DNA from: Podarcis filfolensis
Lineage: Eukaryota
Strand: one strand, 5' to 3'
DNA length: 64,000 nt
NCBI GenBank assembly: GCA_964270895.1
Contig: OZ185440.1
Shown: in pieces, positions 22,311 to 36,339 of the stretch
Numbering within the stretch: position 1 is the first letter of the stretch
How the letters are laid out: the number at the start of each line of letters is the position of its first letter
Made by a program: the position numbers and the translations under genes
The notes under the pieces: model-generated
What the model saw: the letters and a program-made list of their open reading frames with translations, nothing else
Told to the model about the DNA's origin: nothing
The model's database searches: none

Positions 22311-25300
22311 TAAAAAGCATAATCCACAATTTCTGGACCCTGATGGAGTTTCCAGGGACACCACGGTGTGCATGTGTTGAATGCCTGCCACTTTGATGCC
22401 CGTTTTTTCACATTTTCTGGTTGTGTGTGTCTAGCATGCACTGGATACAACAGCTGTTCTGTTGATGTAGCTGCACCATCTCTCCAGTCCTGGTGTGATC
22501 GGAATAAAGGATTTCTTTGTGAGTTAAGCGTTGTGCACTGGGCCATACCATTCTTTCCTCAAGAGCTTAACGATAAGTGCTCCCCAATGACCTGGCATTA
22601 TGTACAAGCAAAAAAGGAGACCCAGGAGACATTGCATGGTAATAAAGAAGAAACTCTTTTAATTGCAGGCTGCTGTGGAGTTGTTACAGTATTTCTCCCA
22701 TACAACAGAATTCTCCCGCTGACACAGGGTGCATATGGTGCTTACACTGGCTACACTGTATATGAGACAAATCACTACAATCTGTGCTGCTGTTTTTATT
22801 TCTACAGCAAAGTTTCATCAGAGACAATGTACTTTCCATGTTTTTCATTGCATGAAAGTTTAGAAAACTCGCCAGCGCCACCACACCTGCTCCGAGTTCT
22901 GCTTTCCTCACTGCAGTTAGAGGCATCCCAGTTAGGGATTTAGGGCCCAGCTATGGAGGCCAGCCTGTCAGGCACTGGATGCTAGGCTCAAGCGCACCCT
23001 CTCCCTGCCTCTTTTCCCCAGGACACCCGAGTTGTCTTCAGGCTAACAATACTACTTGCATCTACCTCTTGGGGCTTGCTATGAAGTCAATGGATATTTG
23101 TATTCCACTGCTGAATCGGGCCTTTGGTTGCCAAACAACCTCCACAGTGGATTCTGGGAAACCTCCGCCATTCTGCCAAGGTATTAATAGCACAGTGTTT
23201 TCCCAGAACAAGACAACATCTCATGGGGGGGCCTTCTTTTGGAACAGATCTCTGAGTGGTTCTGCATGGACCTGCTATGTCAAGTACACCAATGTGATGC
23301 CACTGTGCTGCGGTGAAGGGGATGCTCCACAGCTGGAGATAAGAATCCTTTCCCAGCAGAGTGAAGGATTCAGAGTTCCTGTCTTGTGCTGACATCCCTC
23401 ATGGCTATCTGTTGGACCCACTGCTACTTTAAAAATCTAAAAGACATGGCTCTAGCAAGAAGATCGAGTAATATTTGATCATTTAGAAAAAGCTTGTCCC
23501 TGTAAGAGATCAGGGGAAGGGGGGACAATTGGTTAAGAGCGCAGGGTCAGGAACCTGATTCCCTGTTGCATTAGCAGCTATCTTATTTTATTTTATCTAA
23601 ATATTTGATTAAAACTGCAGCTCATTATGTTACAGGCAGTTTGATCTAAAGGTGATGGAGGATGGGGTTGCCAAGGTTTATTAAGCAGTTTTGAGGCAAC
23701 GTGGAAACTATCAGCTGGTAAGAGTAAAGTTAATCCAGAGCGGCCTTATTGGGTAAATGATTAGCATTTCCCTCAACTCCTGGAATGCCAGGTGTAGGTA
23801 ATTTAAGGTAGAAAACACTGATGAGCTCAGCCAAGCTCCAATGGATGAAACCCAATGACTAAGAACCTTGGGATCTTTTCTGATGTGGCCAAGTCTACTC
23901 AATTTGTCATTGCTACAGGATGAACCCACCATGTGGTCAATGTGCAGGCTGAACCTATGCAAAACGAAGCACATTTAACTCTGCATAGGACTGGACTGTT
24001 AATATAAGACTATTTACTCCATCTACAGTCAATTCATTGTTTTACTTCCCCACATGATAAACCAGCCATATCTATGGATCTATGCTTTCAGATTTCATTG
24101 GCAACTACATTCCCTGCACTCCTAAAAGCTCACCTGTTCCACTCTAAAGCAACAGAGGCGCTGTGGTTAAAATCGGAAGGCTTTGGCTTCAAGCCCTTCT
24201 CATGACAAGATAAAAAGGCATATACTGTCAAGCAACAAGGGTGTCTGAAGTCCATCCAGCTCTGATCTGACTGATTTGCATTGCAGGTGGGGATGCACAC
24301 CTGGATCTGTATCAAACCAAAAGCAATGCAGCACAAACTGATGGCACTCACATTTGGATGCAGCCAGTTTATGCCCACAGATCTTGATCCAAAGAATTAG
24401 ACCTGCATGTGGAACTTGGTATTACATAGAAACTTCATTTTCTGGATTGGAATGTAAATTTCCTCTATTGCCTGTGCTATTGTCTGGAGGCTGCTAGCCA
24501 AGTTAAACATATAAAACTAGTGTGCTGGGTATGACTGGCATTCCTCCATACGGTAAACATTTCAGCAACTTCAGTATTTATGTGGCTACACCAAAAGGCA
24601 GAAACCTAGTATGACCTGATTGTGCCTGAAGGATCAGGATACATAGAATGAATGTATAAAAGAAAAGGACCCCTAAAAAGTGGATTCACTCAATAGCTCC
24701 TGAGTACTTAAGAGTGAATATACTAGAACTATGGGATACATTCCAGATAGGGGCATTGAATGGAGGGGCCACTGGAATATTGCTTTTTCCCATCTGGGCT
24801 TTTGTGCTTTCTGGAAGTTGTAGTGTGTGCTATAAGAAAGTAGATATCCTAAGTGGTTGGATCAGGTATCAACTAAAGGGGCCAGCTCAATGGCAGATCA
24901 GGATTATTATTTTCTTCTGAGAATATTCTCAACTGATCCATCATCATATGATGGCTACTATTTTTGCAAAGTTGGGTCATGCAAACAACAGGTGTGTATA
25001 TCTAAATAAAGGCCACTTGGCCCTCTCCACACTAAAGAGGAAGGTCAAATTTGACTTCAGAAGTGCCCCATCTAACACCACCCATTTCTGTACTTCAGTT
25101 CAACAGTGATTATAATTTCTGGCTCATTCTTGTAATTATGAAATATAGCCTGGACATGGTCACAAAAGCATGTAGTGTGACAGGAATGAGCCATAAATTT
25201 CAGACACCCTCAAGGCATGGTCATCTACTGAGAACAAAGTGACTGCGTTATAGATAGAGCTAACCCTAATAAAACACACACACACACAGACACACACACA

Positions 25301-28300
25301 ACAGCAGTTACAAGCCCTAACACAAGGAGACTCAATGGAGCAACTGCTCAAGGCATCTAACATTTAACCCCACCACTTCCCAATTCTAATGCCTAGCAAA
25401 ATGCCACAATGTAATACTGTTATATTTCCACAGAAATAATGAAGGCAGTGCCCTTCTGTGCTCTCCCCACCCACCCCACCCCCAAGTGGGCAGCTCAGCA
25501 GGGTGTGGTCACCAGTCGTACACTAAAAAATTATAAATATATCAAATATACAGTAAAATAGATCTGTACAGCACTGAGAATGAAAATAGTTCACGGATCA
25601 CTTTGGAATATGCTTTGTCATTTAACAGAATTTACACCAACATTTACAGAATAAATATACAATAGAAATAGAAACTATAGGTTATTCTATATATATACAC
25701 ACATATACTATAGTGTTTCTTTTTCCTCCCATTGCTGCTGGCATTACGCCACAGGATAAGAGAAGGAAATGCAATGGACCCACCTCAGAACCAGAGGCAT
25801 GGCCCACTCAAATGGTGGCCAAGATCCATAGCAACATGGCACAGATCTGCTTCACCTGAGCATCTGAACTACTCACTCCAGTGGAGGTGCACTGGTTTAC
25901 ATTGGTTCTAGTCTGTCCTATGGAACTTGGAAAATAATGTGCCAATGTGCATAAGCTGAGAATGCACAGCAACAGAAATACATATAGATGAAGAGGTTTG
26001 CAAGTCCCTAGCAACCTCCATTCTAAAGGAGATAACATTGGAAGAAGAGGAAGAAAGAGTATAGGCTGGGAAAGAGAACAATGGAACTAGTAATGGACTT
26101 CCTATGGGGGCTAATTATGTAACAGCTCATCAGCAGACCTTCTAAAGCTGATTTCCATAGTTCCCCACTAGGCTACAGTAGCCACCTCCTGAGCTCAATT
26201 AACCATATTTGTAAGGTAGGAAACAAGGAAACGCCATGGCGCATCTGCAACAGCGAAATTGGATGCCTTCATCTGCCCTAGCTGCAATAAAAAAAGTCTC
26301 TCTCATATCTGTTCAGCCACAGCAGGTGCTGTAACCCTCCAACAGTTTGACTTTACCAGCAATGGTGCGCTCTTTCATTGCCTCTCAAGACAGATGGATG
26401 CCAACGAGGGGCCAGAGAAAGACACACACAAAGAAGAAACACAAAAGAAGGAAACTTCTAGATTGCAATTCTTTCAGCTACATCCCTCCTTTGTCACAAC
26501 TCCAAAGTTGCCACCACCACACAGTAAGTGGAAGGCCAAAGCCTCCTCTTCAACCCAAAACATAAGGCGTCAAAATCCCATCACAAGATAGGAATTGTGT
26601 TGGGGACAATGTTCCACTTCATTGCTCAGATTCAAAGCTCATTTATTCTCTGCTTCCGACTGATGAAGATGGTGCCGGGACAAGTCTCTGCTGAGCCTTG
26701 ATCAAATCAATTATATTGACATGCTCCTCAATTTTAGTCAAACCACACCCACCCACTCCCTAACCTTCTATAAACAGCAACCATCACAAAAGGTAATGGG
26801 CTGGGGCTCCTCTGAACCCCTTGCAATTTGTGTAATCCAAGTCCTGCAACAGGCATTCATTACACTTTTACAACCAGCATTCTGGTGGTGGAAAGAAGTA
26901 TCATTGGAATTGATGGGGCTTATTTCCTTAGCAATGTGTTTAGGATTAAGGAAAAAGCAACACAGAGCTAGCAGTCTGTCATGATCTCCAAAAGAGTGTG
27001 TCAGGCTGTCATTAGGTAAAAAGAAGCACACTGTGCCTTACAGGTTACCACCATTCCTTCTTCCCTGTTATTTTAGATGCTTTTGGGTCATATCACATAT
27101 TCAAGGTCTCCGCATGTTTTCATTACAGGATCACACCATTGTGTGGGGAAATATTAGTGTAAACCAGCAGTACATGAAGAGGCTCTGAACAATTCCCATA
27201 ATTGCAGGGTGGGGCCTGGGGTAGTGCTGCACTTATCCTGCAAACGGGCTACTGCGTACTGCTTAATTCACATCCTTTGGCCGTGTACCTGCATGCAAAA
27301 CTGTACAGAGAAAACAAGGGAGCCTCAAATGTGTGGAGCAACCTTGACATTGGAAATAGCAAAACACTGCCACCCACTGGCACTAGAGATGGATAGATCA
27401 GCTTTGCATGTGTTCATTCATAAGTCTGTTCCATTATGCTTTTGCAGCAATCAGTGGCTTTTTAAAAAAACAACAGCAGAAAAATCAACATTATTTTTAA
27501 ATGTATTTTCTCACAGTGCACAAATTTTCATACACATTCTAACCTAAAATATGCATTTTACGTATTTTTACATTTTGAGTGTAAAAATCAAAAAATTCAG
27601 AGAAGTGCAAAAGGATGGCTGCACCCAAATCTGCATCTAGGAAGTGCAAATCAGGATATTCCTGCTTTAAAAAGCAGACCAAACTAAAACAAACCAGAGT
27701 GAAGCCAAATCAGAACAGAGAACAGAAAGAGGGCCATTGTCTTGCCAAAGTGTAAAAAGCGATGAACTACTGGCATGCATATGCAATGGCACAGGCAAAC
27801 CAAATAATCAGTAAACCCCGTAAAGCAGCTCTTTGTTTCAGGAACCAGAGAGAATGTGGATTTTAGACAGTCTGGTGTTCTGCTCCCTTTTCACATGCCT
27901 GGCATTTTCCTGACAACACAACCTGCTGTTCCATAATGAATAAGCCTTGACATTTTTCATTCCCATACAAAATAGACACTAACATTTATTGGTGTGCCTC
28001 AATGTAGGGTTTTCTTTTTTAAAAAAAGACGATACCCTAACCCTTTCCAGCTATATTAAGCTAAAGGGATAAAGGCAAGAGAGGAAAGGGTTGGGTTGGG
28101 AAGCCAGGCATCATCGCTCGCTTCTGTTGCTGACTCACACTGAAACAGACTTAACAATCTCTCCATTTCCTCACTTTCAAAGGGCCGTGTAGAGTTCAGC
28201 TAATTTTTGCTTAGGGGGTTCAGAGATGCATCTATTAAAAAATATTGTCAGGCAAAGGGATTGGTTTCCAAAGCACCTAAGCTCCCCAGAGGCCCAGAGT

Positions 28301-28414
28301 CTGCATGAAGCAACTCAAGAGAAATTCTACAGGGACTAAACAAATAATACAGAGTGGAATTTATTCAAGGAGGCTGCAAGAGGCTTCCGGTGAATTGAAT
28401 CAGAAGAACGATAG

Positions 28415-28561
28415 CAGGCATAGCCATCTGGAGGCATGCCCTTAAAGTGTTGCTGGACTACAACTCCCATTTTCCTGGACCATTGGCCATGCCATGCTGA
28501 GTGGAGCTGGAGGGGGTTGGAGTGCAGCTACACCTGGACGACAGCACATTGGTTACTCCTG
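28415..28561. mobile_element. Degenerate hAT MITE
   Basis: caggcatagcc...ggactacaactcccat...ggttactcctg; related to 20070, no clear TSD. Confidence 0.55.
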
Positions 28562-29626
28562 CCTTAAGAGGGTAAAGCAGAGAGTGGGGAAAGAGTAGCA
28601 GGGAGATTTTGCATGCCGAAGAAGAGGCAAAATCAAACCAGGACACAAGGAGCTTTCCATCTGATATGACGAATTCCCTTCGGTTCCAACAGGACCTAGG
28701 ATGGATTGCCACCTCACTAAATGTCTTCCTATTTTTTTTTGTACTCTAGGTTCTGGGAGTCTAAGAAGTGCTGAAAAGTTTCCACAAGCTGAGACTCTGC
28801 GGAGAGTAGCTACTTCTAATGGCAAAAGACAGCAGGTGCTCTGGTCAGGTAACACAGAACTGTTTGCCATGGCAACTGCCCCAGTGCAGCAAGGCCCACA
28901 ACACAGAACAGCCAGGTCTGGGAGGTTTCCTGAGCTACAACAAGCCTGTTTGATTGGAGGGGGTGGGGAGAGCTGCAGTGATGTGGGGAGAAATTCCCAC
29001 TACAAGTGCAAGCCTGTGCATTTTTTCTGAGAATTCCCACTATGTTCAGTGGTGCTTACACCAAGGTGGGGATGGAGAAGAATTTGGTTTAGTCTGCATT
29101 TCAAGTGAACTGATCTCATTCACACCTCCCAGACATGGATTGAAATGTAATTATGCTTTGGATTTCGCACTTCTCCAAATTTTACAATTCACTTCTTGGC
29201 CTAATAATGTACCAAAATGTGGTTGCTGTTGTTGTTTTAAAAAAAGACTATGGAACTCATAATTCACAATTGTTTTTTTCTGCAACAGAACTTGACTTAG
29301 TTTTAGTCCTTACTTTCTTTCTGTTTAACATGCCTTTTGCATCTGGATGGGGATCTTACTGGATTTGAGTGCCTGTTTTGGGAAGGGGTCCTGCAACTAG
29401 AGAAAGGGAAAGGAGTAACATAATACCCAATAAATTTAGTATTTACACTAGCTGTAAATTACAGTACTGTACTGTAAATTACAGTAGCTGGGCTGTAGCA
29501 TTTAGCCATTATTTTTATTTTCATACTGAATATGTTTTGAAACACTTGAAATATATTTATGTGTAGATATATATATATATAACCCAAATAAATATATAAA
29601 ATTCATATGTTATGATGAACTATGCA

Positions 29627-29668
<42 letters not shown>
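29627..29668. repeat. (AAT)14 microsatellite, tail of a minus-strand retroelement end
   Basis: Direct reading; adjoins tttattatttataccccacccatctgg. Confidence 0.9.
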
Positions 29669-31782
29669 TTATTATTTATACCCCACCCATCTGGCTGGGG
29701 CATTTCAATCTACATTTACATTTAATTTTTATATGGATTTTAAAAAAAGAAATCTGAAAATTAAAGTGGAAACAGGATAGAACTGGTTTATGAATAAACA
29801 CATGAAAAGCTGACATGGATGAGAAGTAGACCAATCTGTTCCACCCTACTCCCAAATGCCTGAGCGCAGGATTGTAAGCTCAGGCTGTGTTGCAATGAAT
29901 GCATGGAGATAGTATCTGTGGGTAGCCACTTAAATTGGTTTTCACAGCACGGCTGGTTGGATCAGTCAACTGTCACTGGAACCAACAGTGCTATCTGCTG
30001 CAAGCATGCGCTTCCGGAGCCAGACATGTTCCCTAACTTAAGGCCACAAAAGAGCTGCTCATGAGACAAGCTGCCCCCATGTTAGCAAGCATGAAAAGAT
30101 TCTCAGAGTTCCATTTTCCTCATCTTATACTCTTCCAGCAGGAGAAAACAATATAACTTTTGGCCATGGATCTTTCTACAGATCAATGACCATGACTATA
30201 TACTCTCAAATCACCTTAACCATAAAGCACTTAAAGCAGCTTCTGCACATTTAACCATTGGCAGCATAAATATCATATGCAACAGAACAAGAGTCTGTTG
30301 CACTTTGACATTTCGGGGGCAGGTTTGTGGCAGCGGTGCCCTTCTGCTGTTCTCCAGAAGGCAAAATGTGCACTCCCACAGACTCACTGTGCAGAGGGGA
30401 GTGCTCAAACTGCAAATGAAGAAAGAAAGAAAAATCTTTAAGAGATTTTTAAAAATTCAGTGGCATATATGAGCAACATTCTTTTAAAGAATCCCATTAA
30501 GTGTGTACTCCCACACAGGAACTGCATGACCTCCTAGTTACTAAAATGAAAATAATAGAAAACTTTTAAGATAGGGTTCAGTCACCAGCTGAATGTGACT
30601 AACCAGAGGTTGGATGGAGCTGAATCACTATTCATTAAAAATGTTATCAGCTGCATCCTAGATAATTGTGACACATGCACAGCCACATTCACAAGAGTAA
30701 AAGGCAATGACTGCACCATCTGATGGAAAATGCAACAGACCCAACACACTTAGACTACCTTGAAAGATGTTGCGCACTCTCTTCAGTAAGAACCTTTATT
30801 ATTATTATTTTTAAGGTGCTTTTAATGTCACAAAACTGACAGCAAAAAGACTCCAGCATGCACTCACAGTGCTTGCAGAGTATGGCTGCTACTGAAAAAG
30901 TTTATGTCAGATGGTGTATTTGATAAAATGGCTGCGGTCACAGCCTGCTCAGAGTTATGTAGATATCAGGATTGACACCACAAATTCCAGAAAATTTACA
31001 TTGATGGAACAGTTTTCTGATTCTGGCCTATGCACATGGCACATACCTGAATTTGTACCGCTGCGTGAGCAGACGTTTGGTGAAGGAATACTGCAAGTAA
31101 CATTAGCACGCATACCAATGCAAACTTCACTGAAACGAGATCCCATTGTTCCTTACTGTTTTTGATCCAACATCAGCAATGACGTGGCAGGTATCACATG
31201 ATGGCATCGCCAGGCATTGTAATGTGCTGCCTACATAAAATATATCTTGGCCCAGACTTGCAAGAAGTGTTGACCAAGAATGTGCTATTTGGAGATTATC
31301 AGAGTGTAAAACCACAGGTGGTCTGGTAGAATCCATACCAAGAGGATTGATCTTCCTTGTGCTATGAACGGTGGTGGTTAAACATACTCAGTGGAATGAG
31401 GCATATCTCTTTTCCCAACTAGAGGAACGGGATGGACAAGGAGAGAGATCCAGAAAACATGGTGCTCTTTTCTTTGGCTGTTGCCTTAACTTATCCCCCT
31501 TTTCCAGCCTCTTATATAGGAGCAATTTGTGTTTTTCAATGCCAATTGGCTAAAAATTTCCTTATGCCCATAAAAATTTATTGCAATGTCTTATTACTAT
31601 TATTCACTGAGGAGGGATCTGGCATTTCAGCTGGAGAAGGCCCCTTCCCACGTCTACCCTCTCTTGACATCATCTAGTCCCTGTCTGCTGTAAATTCTGG
31701 GAAGGGGTTCTAAAGCAGAGGTTCCTTCTCCTGGACCTCCTCTCCTTTACCCAGCAAACAGAGGGAGGTTGCTGGTTGACGG

Positions 31783-32151
31783 TCACAGTTCAGATTCGGG
31801 AGTGGTAGCCGTAAGGTACCCGCTACTGTAGCGTCCATTGGCAACGCTGCTCATCTCCATTGGGGATGTGCTCCCTGGACCTAGATAAGAACGATGTGTA
31901 GGCATTGGGGAAGGGGTTTCACTGGGTACTTTACTCAAGATGAAACGTGTCTCATCATTGTCTTCTAAGTTGGAGATGTCCTTCATTATACGCCCCTTCT
32001 TGTAAGTGACAGAAAGAGCATTGGAACCATCTGACACCAGGTGAAACTGGCGGAGGATGAAGACGACCGGCAGAGGAAGGGTGGCCAGGATGATCAGTGA
32101 GACAAGGATGCCCATTGCCCATTTGGGGTAATAGAGGTATTTCTCTGCTGC
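31783..32151 (-). CDS. SLC6A17: SLC6A17 last coding exon (exon 12), 369 nt including stop
   Basis: Acceptor cAG|GCA at 32152/32151. AAEKYLYYPKWAMG...TATTPESEL*; the PESEL C-terminus is typical of SLC6A17 (SLC6A15 ends PESDL). Confidence 0.96.
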   Translation of the reverse strand, partial: AAEKYLYYPKWAMGILVSLIILATLPLPVVFILRQFHLVSDGSNALSVTYKKGRIMKDISNLEDNDETRFILSKVPSETPSPMPTHRSYLGPGSTSPMEMSSVANGRYSSGYLTATTPESEL

Positions 32152-33020
32152 CTGGAAGAGAAGGGAAAACATAGTTGGCAGTTGGCATTCGCCAGCCTCG
32201 ACACAAGTGAGGTCCTTGAAGTGATCAAGTTGCTATTTCTGTGGCACCAAGGCAAGTAAAGTATGCTGCATGTATTCCCATCTCCAAGAGAAGGGCCAGC
32301 ATGTACTGCAAGGGGAAAATCTTATACATGCAAAGGATTTTTGCCAAAAGGTCTTTCTCACCCCTCTGTTCCCTTTTCTGCATACACACCCTGAAACACC
32401 TGCCAAAGGGTTAATCTCTCAAGAGCACACTGCATTAGAACATTTTGCTCTTGCAGGAGGTAACCCCCACTTAAATAAAATGCTAATAAAGAGGCAGTAG
32501 CTTCTCATAGTTACACAAAGCTGGACCAACAATTTTCCTGCAGAACAAATAAATGTTTACATGAATGTTCAGATTCCATACCTTGAACTACTGCTCCTTA
32601 ACCTTGGACTACCCTAAAGAGCAAGGGAGCATTTGCAACACTGGGATTTCAACCGCTGTCACTCTACATGGCTAAGATAGCCTCTCACTCCCAATTCCTT
32701 GGCAGGGTGATCAGAAATCCATGCCAGCTCTGTCTGGAATCATCTCCAGCAGGATATTGGCTAGTTGGGTTTTATGGTGTATCTGCAACCTCCGGGGCCA
32801 CAGCTCTGGAAGCAGGAGGAAATGCAAGGTACTCTGGTATAAGGATGATGCCTCTCTGTCCTCCAGGTGGATGCTGGCCTAACAATTGCACAAATGATCA
32901 CAGCCATTTGCAGCGAGGACCCTGTTGCTTCACTGTATAGTATGTGGGTTGGTTGCCAACTGGTACACAGCCTGTGGATTTGTAGCCTTTGGGGGGATGC
33001 ACTTTTATTTGCCAACTCAC

Positions 33021-33183
33021 CTCTTCTCGGATCCAGGCATTATAACCTGGAGGACTGACAGCTAGCTGGATCACACTGGCTGTCATCAGGCCAGCCATGC
33101 AAATGGGCGAGATGTACTTCCATGTGTAGAAGTAAAACCGGTAAGGGCGGAAACCCAGCATCTCTGTTAATTCTTGCATGAAT
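33021..33183 (-). CDS. SLC6A17: SLC6A17 exon 11, 163 nt
   Basis: tAG|ATTCATG acceptor and GAG|GTGAGT donor. FMQELTEMLGFRPYRFYFYTWKYISP...WIREE. Confidence 0.95.
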
Positions 33184-33458
33184 CTAGGAAGAAGAAAGGA
33201 AGAAAGCAAACAAACAGATGTTGAAGCACAAGGCTCCTTGCTCTTTACTTCCCCTTGATTTGGATGGAGAGATTTGGATGGGAACTCTGGTGGGGCCAGA
33301 AGTCCAAAGAAGCATCAAGAAGCCTGAGTGCTTCAAGAACAATGAAATCCATGTAGTGGTAGGTAAGAGGGGCGAAGCATTCAAAGCCAAATGCTTAGGA
33401 ATTCAGACAAGCCTGTAGGAATATGAACAGGCTAACCCTCCTGGAAATAAATGCTTAC

Positions 33459-33618
33459 TTCTTGGTGCCGTAAATCCAAGCCACCGCAATGTTTTCCAGG
33501 ATGACTACGAGGGTGAGTGGCAGTGTTGCAGAGTAATCATCAAACATGTTGACAAAGTAGTTGCCTGAGCGTTGCACAAAGATCAGCCCCACGAAGAAAG
33601 CAAAAATGCAGCAGCCAA
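33459..33618 (-). CDS. SLC6A17: SLC6A17 exon 10, 160 nt
   Basis: cAG|TTGGC acceptor and AGAA|GTAAGC donor. [34 protein letters not shown]...IYGTK. Confidence 0.95.
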
Positions 33619-35842
33619 CTGTAAAGAGCAGATCACAGTAACCATCAGCTACACGAGAGCATGCAAAACTGCTGCAGGATCCAAAAGACAAACTGATAAT
33701 ATTGTTTCTACCAAAGAGCAGCAACGTATTACAAGGGCCCCTGGCAGTATCATGAGATGCGTGTGCATGGTAAAGACTTTAAGGGCAGGAATTAAAGAGA
33801 GATTAGAGCTCTTCAGATACACAAACAGTGCATCAATATGTTAGAGCTATTCAAACGGACAAAAAGTGCTTCAGGGTATATCTGTGACAAGCGCTCTAAT
33901 TCGACAGGGGAAAGTTTGAGGCTATACTAGATAATCTGGGAAAGTGTTAAAAGTTATCACATTGTTGCTTACTGTGATGTAGGGAAACATCTTCTTGATT
34001 CACTTGACGAAAGCACCCTTTTTCCAATTTCCAGGCCAGGATGAACTGGATTTGGATGTTAGTAACCCAGGTCACTCTGACTTTTGCAGTCTAATGCCCT
34101 CTTTGAATCTTACAAAACATCTTTCACATCATCTCTGGTCATAATAGTACCCACATGTCAGTTCTCCAACTTGACTCATTCAATTCAATTCACCATAGGA
34201 GTCTGAATATATATCGAGGTGCATGGAAAAAAATGACTCTGCGCTGAAGATACAATAGAGCTGTGATGATGAGATTCCTGATTTTTCAGACTGAGCCAAC
34301 TTCAAGAAATTATGCATTTGTTGCCCCTGTTTGTCCTATATCATGGAGTTGGGTCAGTGAGCTTCAAGTTGGTATGTCCGTTGCTCTATGGCTATAATAT
34401 CACTCCTGCAGAAAAAGTAACTCCAAAGCCAGTTTCAGACATGACAAAATGTCTTACCTACAAGGCCACATATCCTGCATGTAGCTTGCTGATAAATGAA
34501 TGCACATCAACTTTGTTAATGTGCATATGCCTGACAGAAGTGGGCTACCACTGGCGCCTCCTGTACTTGGTACTCATGGTAAAACAGACATGTGTGTGGC
34601 AAGCTATATGTGGGATTCACCCAACTTTCCACATGTGGCTTCTATGCAAGAAATTTTATCCTAAATGTAGAAGCCCCAACTGGCCACTATGGGGAAACAG
34701 AGTTAAGGCAAGCACAACATTTGGTTTCGGTGAATTTTAAGTACTTGATTTCACTATTTAAAAGTTTAAGGTTGCAATCTTAGACACACTTCTTTGAGAT
34801 TAAGCTCCATTGAACACTGTGTGGCTTATTTCTAAGCAAATATTCATAGGAGTGCCCTATAAATTGCTCTTAAGCTTTTAATATGCAATGTAATATTTAG
34901 AGAAATGTAAAACAAAATCTGCTACATACATAATTTTGATGTATTGTTTCTGATATGGGCCAATGGCCGCAATAAATCTATCTATCTATCTATCTATCTA
35001 CATACAAATCTGCAAGTATCTAGGCAGGTAGGCATGTGGAGATCACAGAAGGTACTATATACCTCAGAAACATCCCCTTAACTTTACTGAGCTTGTCAGC
35101 AATGATAGGTCCTGACTGCAAGGCTCACATCAGGCTTCAGATGTGGATGCTTTGAATGATGAGTTTAAATGGTGGTTTTTGCTTTTGTCACTGCAATGGA
35201 ATTCGTTACCAGTGCTTCATACCCTGCATTGCTTAATTGGGTTTTACATAGCTTGCTAATTTAGACATGTGCATTGAATTGATTCTACCAGAGTTTGGCA
35301 TGCAATGAAGTGTTCAAATCATAACCCGAGGCACATTTGGGCTACAATCCATTGAAACCACTGTGATTTACTTTGAAGTAATCAAAGCATTCTTGGATTG
35401 CACGGTGAATATGCTACTAGCAGCCATTTGGATCAGCTTTGTAGTGGTATGATAAATGTGGGGGTTTGATGAAATAATCACAAAATCATTTTGCAACTTT
35501 CCAAACTCAGCCCAGATCTACTCACCCATAAACCCTCCACAGTTTGGTCTTATGAAATGACCCAAAATTATCAGTTCCCCAGATACTGCCACATTATCAC
35601 AGTGTGTGAGCTTTCCAATGTTGACAGGCACCCCTTAACCCCCAAATCCCTCTGCTCTTTTTGGGGACAGCAAATATATTTCAGCTCTGATGTTATGCCA
35701 TGACTTTTAAGAATTACAGTTTGATCCCATCCAGCAACGTATTTTGTAGCACAAGTCTTGGCCAGAACTAAATGATGTCATTGCATGCACAACAGTGCTA
35801 CTCTGTGAATGGTTTCTTGAGTTTCCCCAAGAGAGAACTTAC

Positions 35843-36035
35843 CTGTTAATGCTTCCTTGCGCACTTTGAACATGTCAATGATGGGTGTGGTGATGCCAGC
35901 CATGGTCCCAATCATGCTCCCCAAACCCAGGTTTATCAGCATCAAGAAGAACATCACTGACCAGAAAGGAGAAGCTGGAAAGTGGGTCATTGCTTCTGTG
36001 AAAGCTATGAATGCAAGGCCAGTTCCCTGCACTGA
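35843..36035 (-). CDS. SLC6A17: SLC6A17 exon 9, 193 nt
   Basis: cAG|TCAGTG acceptor and ACAG|GTAAGT donor. [26 protein letters not shown], the SLC6 TM8 region. Confidence 0.96.
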
Positions 36036-36339
36036 CTGTACACAGCCAAAAGAAGATGCTTGCGTTATTCTGGGCAGAAGATTACATCATAAAAGCAGGC
36101 GTGCATGTATTCATGTAAATAGATTTCTAGCTGTAAAATCACAGGCTCTCAGAACCAAACAGCCAAACCATTGTGGGTATAAGGAAAATGATGCATAATG
36201 CATACAAATGATTGAACAAGCATCTGTTTCACTACATCTGTACATGTTCTGAGAAGTCATGGAAAGTTGTGATTTTTCAATGCATGTATCCCATAGAAAT
36301 TACATGCTGTATTCATTTCTCAGTTTCCCCTCCCTCAGT

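Larger units (their letters stand above)
23660..31782 (-). other. SLC6A17: SLC6A17 3' UTR (distal end uncertain; several candidate polyA signals)
   Basis: Follows the stop at 31783. Minus-strand AATAAA at 30795-30800, 29514-29519, 27984-27989, 26642-26647 and 23677-23682. A U-rich 3'-UTR-like block lies at 25500-25720. Confidence 0.45.

Noticed and set aside
29100-29670. Plus-strand T-rich block with AATAAA and an (AAT)n tail as a retrocopy or antisense 3' end
   Set aside because: The (AAT)n belongs to an adjacent minus-strand retroelement end, and no upstream coding sequence or TSD was found.
29858-29885. 8-bp GC stem-loop (gcctgagc/gctcaggc) in the 3' UTR region
   Set aside because: Short enough to occur by chance and lacks SECIS or IRE motifs.
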